Below are positions 28,684-35,248 of a stretch of 64,000 bases of DNA, in pieces; within the stretch, counting starts at the first letter, position 1, and every line of letters starts with the position of its first letter. The position numbers and the translations under genes are program-made. The notes beneath the pieces are model-generated. The model was not told the origin of the DNA. It worked only from the letters and a program-made list of their open reading frames with translations, and did not search any database. The DNA is from a virus (taxonomy: Duplodnaviria; Caudoviricetes): IMG/VR virus record IMGVR_UViG_3300021124_000001; one strand, written 5' to 3'.

Positions 28684-28729
28684 TTGAGGAACTCCCGTCC
28701 ACCTCAATGAAAATGACAAAAAAACGGGG
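28684..28729 (+). ncRNA. Compact H-type pseudoknot
   Basis: TTGAGG/CCTCAA stem; loop TCCCGT pairs with downstream ACGGGG after an A-rich linker. Confidence 0.45.
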
Positions 28730-28739
28730 CCAAATTTAT

Positions 28740-28815
28740 GTACGTGTGACCCGAAAGGCTAGGGAACGGATTGCAAATCCGTTTTATGCAGGTTCGATTC
28801 CTGTCACGTACTCCA
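28740..28815 (+). tRNA. tRNA-Cys(GCA)
   Basis: GTACGTG/CACGTAC, TT-GCA-AA, U73, CCA. Confidence 0.88.
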
Positions 28816-28819
28816 AATT

Positions 28820-28927
28820 CTGTTGTATTTTTACAACAGTGGTTGACAAAGATGTTGGTTGTGCTATAATTCATCCATGAATTGAGAAATCAATCAATTG
28901 TTCTTTAAAAAGTTAAGTGTATTTTTT
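28820..28927 (+). promoter_or_regulatory. rrn-like promoter 2: palindrome, TTGACA-16-TATAAT, boxB-like hairpin, boxA
   Basis: CTGTTGTA-TTTT-TACAACAG; -35 28843-28848; -10 28865-28870; ~45-nt near-exact repeat of promoter 1 leader. Confidence 0.8.
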
Positions 28928-29002
28928 ATTCCGTTGGACTTCTGGTGAGGTCAGTAGGCTTTCAACTTACGCAGGCGAGTTCGATCCTCGTACGGAATAC
29001 CA
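28928..29002 (+). tRNA. tRNA-Glu(TTC)
   Basis: ATTCCGT/ACGGAAT, CT-TTC-AA, CCA. Confidence 0.85.
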
Positions 29003-29200
29003 TTTATTAGTGTTATTGTGGAAAATTTCAGTGAACGCTGGATAGTGAATCTGTCAATGTGTGGTTAATTCGAATAGACTACGTATACAGTTGTTGTAAG
29101 AAAAGACCTTTGGGACGCCTTATGGAATAATCTTACACGTTAAAAACAAACGGTGGTACGGTGAAGGCCATCCATAACACAGTAACACTAATAAATGGTA
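28998..29200 (+). ncRNA. Long-stem RNA cassette 2
   Basis: 23-bp stem TACCATTTATTAGTGTTATTGTG / CACAGTAACACTAATAAATGGTA (one G-U) enclosing ~155 nt. Confidence 0.6.
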
Positions 29201-29204
29201 ACAT

Positions 29205-29279
29205 GCGGGTGTAACTCAGAGGCAGAGTATCTGGCTTTTAACCAGAGAGTCGAGATTTCGAAATTCTCCACCCGTACCA
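29205..29279 (+). tRNA. tRNA-Lys(TTT)
   Basis: TCTGG-CTTTTAA-CCAGA, CCA. Confidence 0.85.
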
Positions 29280-29287
29280 AATAATTT

Positions 29288-29364
29288 GCCCTGGTGACGG
29301 AATAGGTATACGTACTGGTCTTAGAAACCAGGTTTTGAGAGTTCGAGTCTCTCCTAGGGCACCA
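29288..29364 (+). tRNA. tRNA-Leu(TAG), short variable arm
   Basis: CTGGT-CTTAGAA-ACCAG, 77 nt. Confidence 0.85.
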
Positions 29365-29365
29365 A

Positions 29366-29506
29366 AGGCAGCGGATAGGTTACATTATCCAGTATGAGTC
29401 GCAAGGTACCGCGGTAAATCCTTGGGCAAGCAACAGTACACTCATGCAATGTAACAGGTGAGCAGTGATCTGCTTCACGGAGATACCTCAAGAATGTTCT
29501 CCACCA
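29366..29506 (+). ncRNA. Structured RNA with pseudoknot ending in an acceptor-like minihelix and CCA
   Basis: GGATA/TATCC hairpin whose loop GTTACAT(T) complements AATGTAAC; ATGAGT/ACTCAT; GGAGA...TCTCC-A-CCA. Confidence 0.5.
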
Positions 29507-29511
29507 ATTTA

Positions 29512-29586
29512 GGTCTGTAAGTGTTCATGGACGCACGTTGGCTTGTCACGCCAAAAGAAGGGGATCGTTACCCCTATAGACCGCCA
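29512..29586 (+). tRNA. tRNA-Asp(GTC), T-loop ATCGTTA
   Basis: TTGGC-TTGTCAC-GCCAA, G73, CCA. Confidence 0.85.
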
Positions 29587-29591
29587 GTTTT

Positions 29592-29666
29592 GCCGATGTA
29601 GCTCAGAGGAAGAGCATTCGCTTGATAAGCGAAAGGCCGACATTTCGAAATTGTCCATCGGTACCA
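29592..29666 (+). tRNA. tRNA-Ile(GAT)
   Basis: TTCGC-TTGATAA-GCGAA, CCA. Confidence 0.85.
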
Positions 29667-29855
29667 GAATCCCGTTACTACTTTCGTTAAAGTAGCGTTT
29701 GATTAGCGAGAGAGATCCGGTGGCAGAAGACCGTTAGCGGAGAAATCCAGAATCTGATAGGCAGTATTCCTCTGCACACAGACGCAAGAATAAAAGGAAT
29801 GGACAGAGTAACCGCTCAATTAAGGGCTTGTGTGGAAACAAGTAGCTTATCCTAA
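29667..29855 (+). ncRNA. Unassigned structured RNA (~190 nt)
   Basis: No convincing ORF; hairpins CTACTTT/AAAGTAG, CGGT/ACCG, GGA-GAAA-TCC, CTTGT/ACAAG. Confidence 0.4.
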
Positions 29856-29859
29856 TTTT

Positions 29860-29944
29860 GGAGATGCCGCCGTAATGGTATGGCAGGAGACTGTAAATCT
29901 TCCGACTTCGGTCACAATAGGTTCGATCCCTATCATCTCCACCA
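29860..29944 (+). tRNA. tRNA-Tyr(GTA)
   Basis: CT-GTA-AA, variable arm GAC-TTCG-GTC, CCA. Confidence 0.88.
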
Positions 29945-29959
29945 ATGTTAATAATTTAT

Positions 29960-30034
29960 GGGGGCAGTAGTGGGCTACGGGTATCCCTTGCAAGGATGCT
30001 GTCTAGAAGGATTCGATTTCCTCGGCCTCCACCA
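29960..30034 (+). tRNA. tRNA-Ala(TGC), atypical D-arm
   Basis: G3:U70 pair, CT-TGC-AA, ACCA. Confidence 0.75.
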
Positions 30035-30051
30035 TAGATATATAAGTTTTT

Positions 30052-30126
30052 GCCGACTTAGCACAGTGGTAGTGCAATCGCCTTGTAAGCGATAGGTCAT
30101 CAGTTCGAATCCGATAGTCGGCACCA
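30052..30126 (+). tRNA. tRNA-Thr(TGT)
   Basis: ATCGC-CTTGTAA-GCGAT, CCA. Confidence 0.9.
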
Positions 30127-30133
30127 GTTTTAT

Positions 30134-30198
30134 GCGGGAGTTTCTAACAACGTTGGGGTCCACCCAATATCTACGTGGAAATCGTAGTTCCCGCTCCA
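30134..30198 (+). ncRNA. Minimal tRNA-Gly-like RNA (65 nt)
   Basis: GCGGGA/TCCCGC-T-CCA acceptor, no D-arm, 5-nt loop G-TCC-A, T-arm CTACG-TGGAAAT-CGTAG. Confidence 0.6.
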
Positions 30199-30205
30199 GT
30201 TTTTT

Positions 30206-30282
30206 CGGAGTGTAGCACAGCCTGGTAGTGCGCCTGCTTTGGGAGCAGGAGGTCGTAGGTTCGAATCCTACTACTCCGACCA
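30206..30282 (+). tRNA. tRNA-Pro(TGG)
   Basis: CCTGC-TTTGGGA-GCAGG, CCA. Confidence 0.92.
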
Positions 30283-30289
30283 TTTTTAT

Positions 30290-30368
30290 TCCCCATAATT
30301 CGAGCGTAGTGCACGGACCGGACTGTTAATCCGAGATTAGCTAGGAGCGTCACCTAGATGGGGAGCCA
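30290..30368 (+). tRNA. tRNA-Asn(GTT), atypical D-arm and T-loop AGCGTCA
   Basis: TCCCCAT/ATGGGGA-G-CCA, CT-GTT-AA. Confidence 0.75.
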
Positions 30369-30372
30369 ATTT

Positions 30373-30447
30373 GGTGATATAGCATAGACGGATATGCGGG
30401 GGTCTCATAAGCCTCAAAGGAAGGATCGTTACCTTCTATCACCACCA
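30373..30447 (+). tRNA. tRNA with CAT anticodon (Met or Ile2), T-loop ATCGTTA
   Basis: GGTGATA/TATCACC, CT-CAT-AA, CCA. Confidence 0.8.
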
Positions 30448-30932
30448 TATAAAAACACATTAGCCTACATCAGTACTAGGACGACTGTGCGATAAGCGGC
30501 TACCTAGATAAGCCCGCTAGTGTGTTTCTATATGGTAACAACGAAGACGACATGGAAAGATAGTGCAAAGGTATACAGTTGGTCTGGTTCGAAACAGGGT
30601 AACCCAATTTTATATTGAGCGTAGCATGACTGGCATCGCACCAGTAGTTAGTGGGTTCGATTCCCTCCGTTGTAATCATATAAAAACACATTCGCTTATA
30701 TTTTAACGGCTTGCAAGGCACGGGCGTATAAGAATATTGAGTGTGTTTCTATATGGTATGTAATGGCAGAAATGCGACCTAGAAGCGAGTGGACGAACAT
30801 GACTGTAGGCCACTAAGGTAGTCAACATTACACATCATATAAAAACACATTAACTCCTACTAGCAGGTGGGTAGGTTTGAAGTTCTGATGCTGAACGAAG
30901 GGTTCGAATCCCATAGTGTGTTTCTATATGGT
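30444..30932 (+). repeat. Three long-stem RNA cassettes (30444-30536, 30675-30757, 30834-30932) with identical arms and different interiors
   Basis: CATATAAAAACACATT ... AGTGTGTTTCTATATGGT occurs three times. Confidence 0.85.
30538..30678 (+). ncRNA. tRNA-like RNA with enlarged central domain
   Basis: ACAACG/CGTTGT closing stem, GGG-TTCGATT-CCC T-arm, second CTGG-TTCGAAA-CAG hairpin. Confidence 0.45.
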
Positions 30933-30937
30933 TTTAT

Positions 30938-31015
30938 GCGCCTCTAGTTCAACTGGATAGAGCACCGGGCTACGAACCCGTGAGGTTGGGGATTCGAATT
31001 CCTCGGGGCGCACCA
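30938..31015 (+). tRNA. tRNA-Arg(ACG)
   Basis: CGGG-CTACGAA-CCCG, CCA. Confidence 0.85.
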
Positions 31016-31033
31016 ATTTTAGGAGTATTAAAT

Positions 31034-31228
31034 ATGAGTGATGGTGGTAAAGGTTCAAATCCTCGACCATATAGTGTATCACAAGAGCAATTTGCTAATA
31101 ATTGGGATGCAATATTTGGTAAGGATAAGAAATCGAAACAAGAGAAGGCTCTTGATGAGTTGGCTCGAATTTCGGATGAGTTGGGACTCCACTATGATGA
31201 TGTGGAGAATCCATTAGTAAAGAAATAA
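31034..31228 (+). CDS. Small hypothetical protein (MSDGGKGS.PRP...W..IF)
   Basis: AGGAG RBS; 64 aa. Confidence 0.65.
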   Translation: MSDGGKGSNPRPYSVSQEQFANNWDAIFGKDKKSKQEKALDELARISDELGLHYDDVENPLVKK

Positions 31229-31229
31229 T

Positions 31230-31303
31230 ATCTCAGTAGTGTAATGGCAGCACAACGATCTCCAAAATCGTTTGTGAGGGTTCGAGTCCTTCCTGGGATG
31301 CCA
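31230..31303 (+). tRNA. tRNA-Trp(CCA)
   Basis: ACGAT-CTCCAAA-ATCGT, GCCA. Confidence 0.87.
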
Positions 31304-31316
31304 ATAAAGGATTGAT

Positions 31317-31805
31317 ATGAAAAATTTCGACATAGAAAAAGTTAAGGAATTCTTGTCAGCACAAGGACCAGATACTAAAGTTTATTTGGGTGCAGACTCA
31401 GAAAGAATTCGTGTAAATGGTGTTTGGTATGCAGATTATGCCTTGGCTGTCGTAGTTCATATTGATGGCCGCCATGGTTGTAAAATCTTTGGTTACGTTG
31501 AACGTGAACTTGATTATGACCACAAAAAATCCAAACCTGCTATGCGTCTGATGTCAGAAGTATACAAGGTTTCAGAATTGTTCCAAAACCTCCAGGACGT
31601 TCTGGAAGACCGTCATGTAGAAGTGCACCTAGACTTGAACAAACAAGACATCCATGGTTCATCCTGTGTTGTCCATCAAGCAATTGGATATATAAAAGGC
31701 ACTTGTAACATGACACCAATGGTTAAACCAGATGCTCCAGCAGCATCATTCTGTGCAGACCGTTTGAAACGGATTCTTGCTGAACAGGAATTGGCTGAAG
31801 CGTAA
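31317..31805 (+). CDS. RNase H-like YkuK (DUF458) family protein
   Basis: VYLGADS, VVH..G.HG, RL..EV, EVHLD, A..AD. Confidence 0.75.
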   Translation: MKNFDIEKVKEFLSAQGPDTKVYLGADSERIRVNGVWYADYALAVVVHIDGRHGCKIFGYVERELDYDHKKSKPAMRLMSEVYKVSELFQNLQDVLEDRHVEVHLDLNKQDIHGSSCVVHQAIGYIKGTCNMTPMVKPDAPAASFCADRLKRILAEQELAEA

Positions 31806-31895
31806 TAGTTCCGGGTTTGTTTACCCCGAGGATGACACGGCGGTTTCGGTGAGATTTAGTTCTCATCGACTCAGGGAGCCTAACGTAAACAATAT

Positions 31896-31969
31896 GCGGG
31901 TATGATGTAAAGGTAGCCTGTGACCTTGCCAAGGTTAGTGTGAGAGTTCGATTCTCTCTACCCGCTCCA
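31896..31969 (+). tRNA. tRNA-Gly(GCC)
   Basis: GCGGGTA/TACCCGC-T-CCA, TT-GCC-AA. Confidence 0.87.
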
Positions 31970-31991
31970 GTTTTTAGAATAGTCCGGCACG

Positions 31992-32042
31992 GACCGAAAG
32001 GCCGCACCGACCGAAAGGCCGCACCGACCGAAAGGCCGCACC
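31992..32042 (+). repeat. Three perfect 17-nt tandem repeats GACCGAAAGGCCGCACC
   Basis: Units at 31992, 32009, 32026; GC-rich against an AT-rich genome. Confidence 0.95.
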
Positions 32043-32114
32043 AAGTATAGCTGGAATTTACCAGTGAACCGGAAAGGAACAGCCGGGTACGGACGTCACG
32101 AGGATAATAAGTCC

Positions 32115-32657
32115 TCACCTATTCAATAAGTTTTTGGGATCTTCACGGAATCGAAAACTTATACTGATTCTGGCCTGATCTGTATCATTACACACCTGAT
32201 GTGGTATTTGATTATCAAACAAGACAGGTGTAGATAAATCAAATTCAGCCACTTGTGTAAATGTAGCTGATGTGTCATATTTCCAATAATTTAATCCTGA
32301 AGGTGTTTTGGACAATATTGGCTCCATATCACAGGTATACATTTTTGTTCGAGGTAAAGCACAATTCTGTATATCAAAATTTAAAGCCAAAGGATTGTTG
32401 ATCTTATTGATAAAATCAATGTGACAATCTTGAATTGTGTTTGGCGGTACAATGATTATTCCGATTGATCGAACGTTTAGTTTTTTACTATCAAACCAGT
32501 CCTTTATTAAAGGACATTTTTCTAATAGTTCCTGGTGTTGAACTTCATGGAATCCATGAACACGACCAGCAATAAAATTATTGACATACGGCCTTAACTG
32601 TGATACAATCTGGTCGTATCCATCAACATTTATATGTGAAAAGTAAAATTTAGTCAT
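32115..32657 (-). CDS. 2OG-Fe(II) oxygenase / double-stranded beta-helix protein
   Basis: HID ... ALNF ... PHQV ... RISISFR; minus-strand late promoter CATAAATA at 32663-32670. Confidence 0.65.
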   Translation of the reverse strand: MTKFYFSHINVDGYDQIVSQLRPYVNNFIAGRVHGFHEVQHQELLEKCPLIKDWFDSKKLNVRSIGIIIVPPNTIQDCHIDFINKINNPLALNFDIQNCALPRTKMYTCDMEPILSKTPSGLNYWKYDTSATFTQVAEFDLSTPVLFDNQIPHQVCNDTDQARISISFRFREDPKNLLNR

Positions 32658-32669
32658 AGCAATATTTAT

Positions 32670-32744
32670 GGTGGTTATAGTGTAGTGGAAGCACCCGACT
32701 CTGTGAAAGTCGTAGTATGGGATCGTTACCCATTAATCACCCCA
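32670..32744 (+). tRNA. tRNA-His(GTG) with G-1, T-loop ATCGTTA
   Basis: CGACT-CTGTGAA-AGTCG, C73, CCA. Confidence 0.85.
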
Positions 32745-32749
32745 AATTT

Positions 32750-32825
32750 GCCTGGTTGCGTAGAGAGGTTATACGTCTCCTTTACACGGAGAGCGATGTA
32801 GGTTCGAGTCCTACACCAGGTACCA
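32750..32825 (+). tRNA. tRNA-Val(TAC)
   Basis: TCTCC-TTTACAC-GGAGA, CCA. Confidence 0.87.
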
Positions 32826-32872
32826 AATTCGCTCTAACACACGGCGTACAATGAGATAAGTGGTGTGTTCTC

Positions 32873-32946
32873 GCTCTCATAGTATAATGGTATTACACAT
32901 CCTTGGTAAGGATGAGAACCAGGCTCGTTTCCTGGTGGGAGCACCA
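32873..32946 (+). tRNA. tRNA-Thr(GGT), T-loop CTCGTTT
   Basis: CATCC-TTGGTAA-GGATG, CCA. Confidence 0.82.
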
Positions 32947-33041
32947 TATGAAAGCATTCTAAACTGGACGCAGGTTCTGTGAAGTAAGACCTCGGGGTAA
33001 TTGCCGAGAAGGTATGGAGAATAAGAATGCTTCCATATGGT
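32943..33041 (+). ncRNA. Long-stem RNA cassette 6
   Basis: ACCATATG-A-AAGCATTCT / AGAATGCTT-C-CATATGGT, same A.C mismatch position as cassettes 3-5. Confidence 0.6.
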
Positions 33042-33051
33042 AAATGCAACT

Positions 33052-33600
33052 CTAGCTGATGTTAGATTTATGTCCTCGTTTTGCGTGTGATAATTTCATA
33101 GCTTCAGACATAGTTTTTTTGTATTTTTCTGTTCTTGGTTTTTGAATTCTAGCTTTTGCCTTTTCAGAAATAGATTTTCTGCCGCTTGCAGTTATTGGTG
33201 ACGGCATAGATTTTAATGTGTTTCGTATTTTATCTTTAGTTTCTTGTGTATGCTTAGTTCCCAATTTTTTATTTCTAAGCATTTCACCGAATTCTATTTT
33301 TATAGAATCGAATAATCTACTATTCATATATCTTTGCTGTTTATCGGTTTTGCCTTTCATTAACATAAAAGCGTGTAACATTTTATAACGATTTGAACCT
33401 GTTGTCATTTTCGTTAACAACAAGTGGCATATAAAATGCTCTCTTGCTGTTAATTTTACTAAATTTTCTTTGGTGTCATTTCCACCAAAAGATTTGGGTA
33501 TTATGTGGTGTCGTTCAAGATATCCTACATTGTTATTTCTTAATTTGGCATTTTTTATTATAGAAAAATACCAGTTTTTATACTTAGAGTTATTAAACAT
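33052..33600 (-). mobile_element. Free-standing HNH homing endonuclease with NUMOD3-type tail
   Basis: ERHHIIPKSFGG....NLVKLTAREHFICHLLL; G.KHT.ETK.KI; TATAAATA on minus strand 33624-33631. Confidence 0.88.
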
Positions 33601-33646
33601 ATTTTACCTTATGTGGTTTGATATATTTATAAATTTTAAATTTTTT

Positions 33647-33725
33647 GGGGGGTGAGCTAGTCTGGTGATTTCAGCGACTGCCTGAAGAGCAGTAGAACTA
33701 GGTTCGATTCCTAGACCTCCCACCA
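33647..33725 (+). tRNA. tRNA-Phe(GAA)
   Basis: ACTGC-CTGAAGA-GCAGT, CCA. Confidence 0.85.
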
Positions 33726-33732
33726 AGATTAT

Positions 33733-33809
33733 GCCTGAGTGATGGAATTGGTATACGTGCTTGATTCAAAATCAAGATTCTGTGGGTTCAAGTCCCACCT
33801 TAGGCACCA
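33733..33809 (+). tRNA. tRNA-Leu(CAA), short variable arm
   Basis: CTTGA-TTCAAAA-TCAAG. Confidence 0.85.
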
Positions 33810-33831
33810 ATAAAGAATACACTTAACTTAT

Positions 33832-33908
33832 GCGGATGTAGCCGAATTGGTATAGGCAACAGACTTAAACCCTGTAATCTGCGAGTTCGAGTCTCGCCTT
33901 CCGCACCA
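33832..33908 (+). tRNA. tRNA-Leu(TAA), short variable arm
   Basis: ACAG-A-CTTAAAC-C-CTGT, CCA. Confidence 0.8.
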
Positions 33909-33921
33909 TATATATACATGT

Positions 33922-33996
33922 AGCAGGCTGGTGAAATGGTATCACAGAGGACTCATAATCCTCAATTCCTAGTTCGACTCTAGGGCACTGCAACCA
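33922..33996 (+). tRNA. Initiator-like tRNA-fMet(CAT)
   Basis: A1.A72 mismatch, CT-CAT-AA, ...GCAACCA end; bulged A in acceptor. Confidence 0.72.
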
Positions 33997-34002
33997 ATTA
34001 CT

Positions 34003-34076
34003 GCGGGGTTCGTATAGTGGTAATACCTTAGCCTTCCAAGCTAAAGCGAGGAGTTCGATTCTCCTACCCCGCTCCA
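34003..34076 (+). tRNA. tRNA-Gly(TCC)
   Basis: TTAGC-CTTCCAA-GCTAA, TCCA. Confidence 0.9.
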
Positions 34077-34077
34077 C

Positions 34078-34572
34078 TTATTTTGTAAGTTCATGGAACA
34101 AAACTGTTCCAAACGGTACTATCACACACAACAACGAAAAAAATAATAAACAAGTCACTATCATTTCACCTTGTTCTTTTTTTCTTTTTCGTTCATATTC
34201 TTCCTGCTCTCTTTGCGCCTTGGCCCTTTCTTTAGCCAACTCAATTCTTTGGCGCATCATGTCTTGATATACTTCACCATTTCCGCTGTAGATTAGTATA
34301 TCTTTTAGTTCTTTTTCATTGTCTCTAAATGTTTTGGCCGCAAAGGCAATCTCAAGTGCCATCTTGTAGATTTCAGCATTGGACCTTGTTGCTTTTTCAG
34401 TTCTTATTTTGTTTGTTGCCATGTACACTTCTGTACTTGCACTATAGAACTTACTGAACTCACCTATTAGTTGGCCAATATCTTGTCCCAGGGCTTTCGC
34501 CTTCTTTATAGTATTCACTGCTTGTTGTGCTGTAGTTATTGCTACAGTTATACTGATAGGGTCAAACATCAA
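34078..34572 (-). CDS. Hypothetical membrane-anchored coiled-coil protein
   Basis: DPISI..A N-terminus; C-terminal TM. Confidence 0.65.
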   Translation of the reverse strand: MMFDPISITVAITTAQQAVNTIKKAKALGQDIGQLIGEFSKFYSASTEVYMATNKIRTEKATRSNAEIYKMALEIAFAAKTFRDNEKELKDILIYSGNGEVYQDMMRQRIELAKERAKAQREQEEYERKRKKEQGEMIVTCLLFFSLLCVIVPFGTVLFHELTK

Positions 34573-34648
34573 TCACCTTCGTAGGTTTGTCTTTATTTCT
34601 CCATTCTAAAATTATAACTTTTGGTCATAAACATCAATCGTTCATGCT

Positions 34649-35236
34649 TTATTTGTTGGCTAATGGATTATCAATAGCCTTTTGAATCTTCTGGTCAACT
34701 TCCTTTTTAAGCACTTCAACTTCTTTACTGATTTCTCGTCTTGCATCGGCCATTTCTTTGCGAATAGCATTGACTTCGGAACGTGCCTTATCTAAATCCT
34801 CACGTATGTCTTTACGTGCTTGTCTCATCTCTTGGTCTGTTTCACGTTGTGAAGTTTTAACTGAACGTTCAATCTGTTCCGTTACAGATTCGTTACGGCG
34901 AATGTCATTCTTCAAATCATTCTTAATGTCTCGTGTGTAATCACCAGTCTTTTGGTTTGTTTCTTCAATCACAGCCAATCGTTTGTCAAATTCGGACAAA
35001 TCTGGTGCAGAATACTCAGAAATCTTCTTCTTCATTGTCTGATAGTCTTTATAAACCTCAAACGCACCATACAAACCACCAAGAGTAGAAGAAACGATTG
35101 TAAATGCAACCATCAATTTTGCTGGAGTAAACTCATAACCACCAATACTGATTACAGTATCTTTACTTGCATACTTCTTAGCGGCCGCTTCAAGTTCATC
35201 AACTTTTGCATTCACATCTTTGATTTCTTCCGTCAT
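34649..35236 (-). CDS. Hypothetical TM plus coiled-coil protein
   Basis: One TM (..STLGGLYGAFEVYK), long heptads, ends ..DNPLANK. Confidence 0.7.
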   Translation of the reverse strand: MTEEIKDVNAKVDELEAAAKKYASKDTVISIGGYEFTPAKLMVAFTIVSSTLGGLYGAFEVYKDYQTMKKKISEYSAPDLSEFDKRLAVIEETNQKTGDYTRDIKNDLKNDIRRNESVTEQIERSVKTSQRETDQEMRQARKDIREDLDKARSEVNAIRKEMADARREISKEVEVLKKEVDQKIQKAIDNPLANK

Positions 35237-35248
35237 CTAATACTCCAT

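Noticed and set aside
29366-29506. tmRNA or permuted tmRNA
   Set aside because: No T-arm, no G3:U70 acceptor and no tag reading frame found.
30444-30932. CRISPR array
   Set aside because: Repeats alternate as inverted arms, spacing is irregular, interiors are structured and no cas genes are present.
32960-33024. Hammerhead, twister or pistol ribozymes in cassette interiors
   Set aside because: Conserved catalytic cores (e.g. CUGANGA...GAAA) could not be matched by eye.
27228-34077. ORF-track entries overlapping tRNAs and RNA elements (e.g. 27228, 27471, 29975, 30500, 31723, 33865)
   Set aside because: Shadow frames over RNA genes with no RBS or protein motifs.
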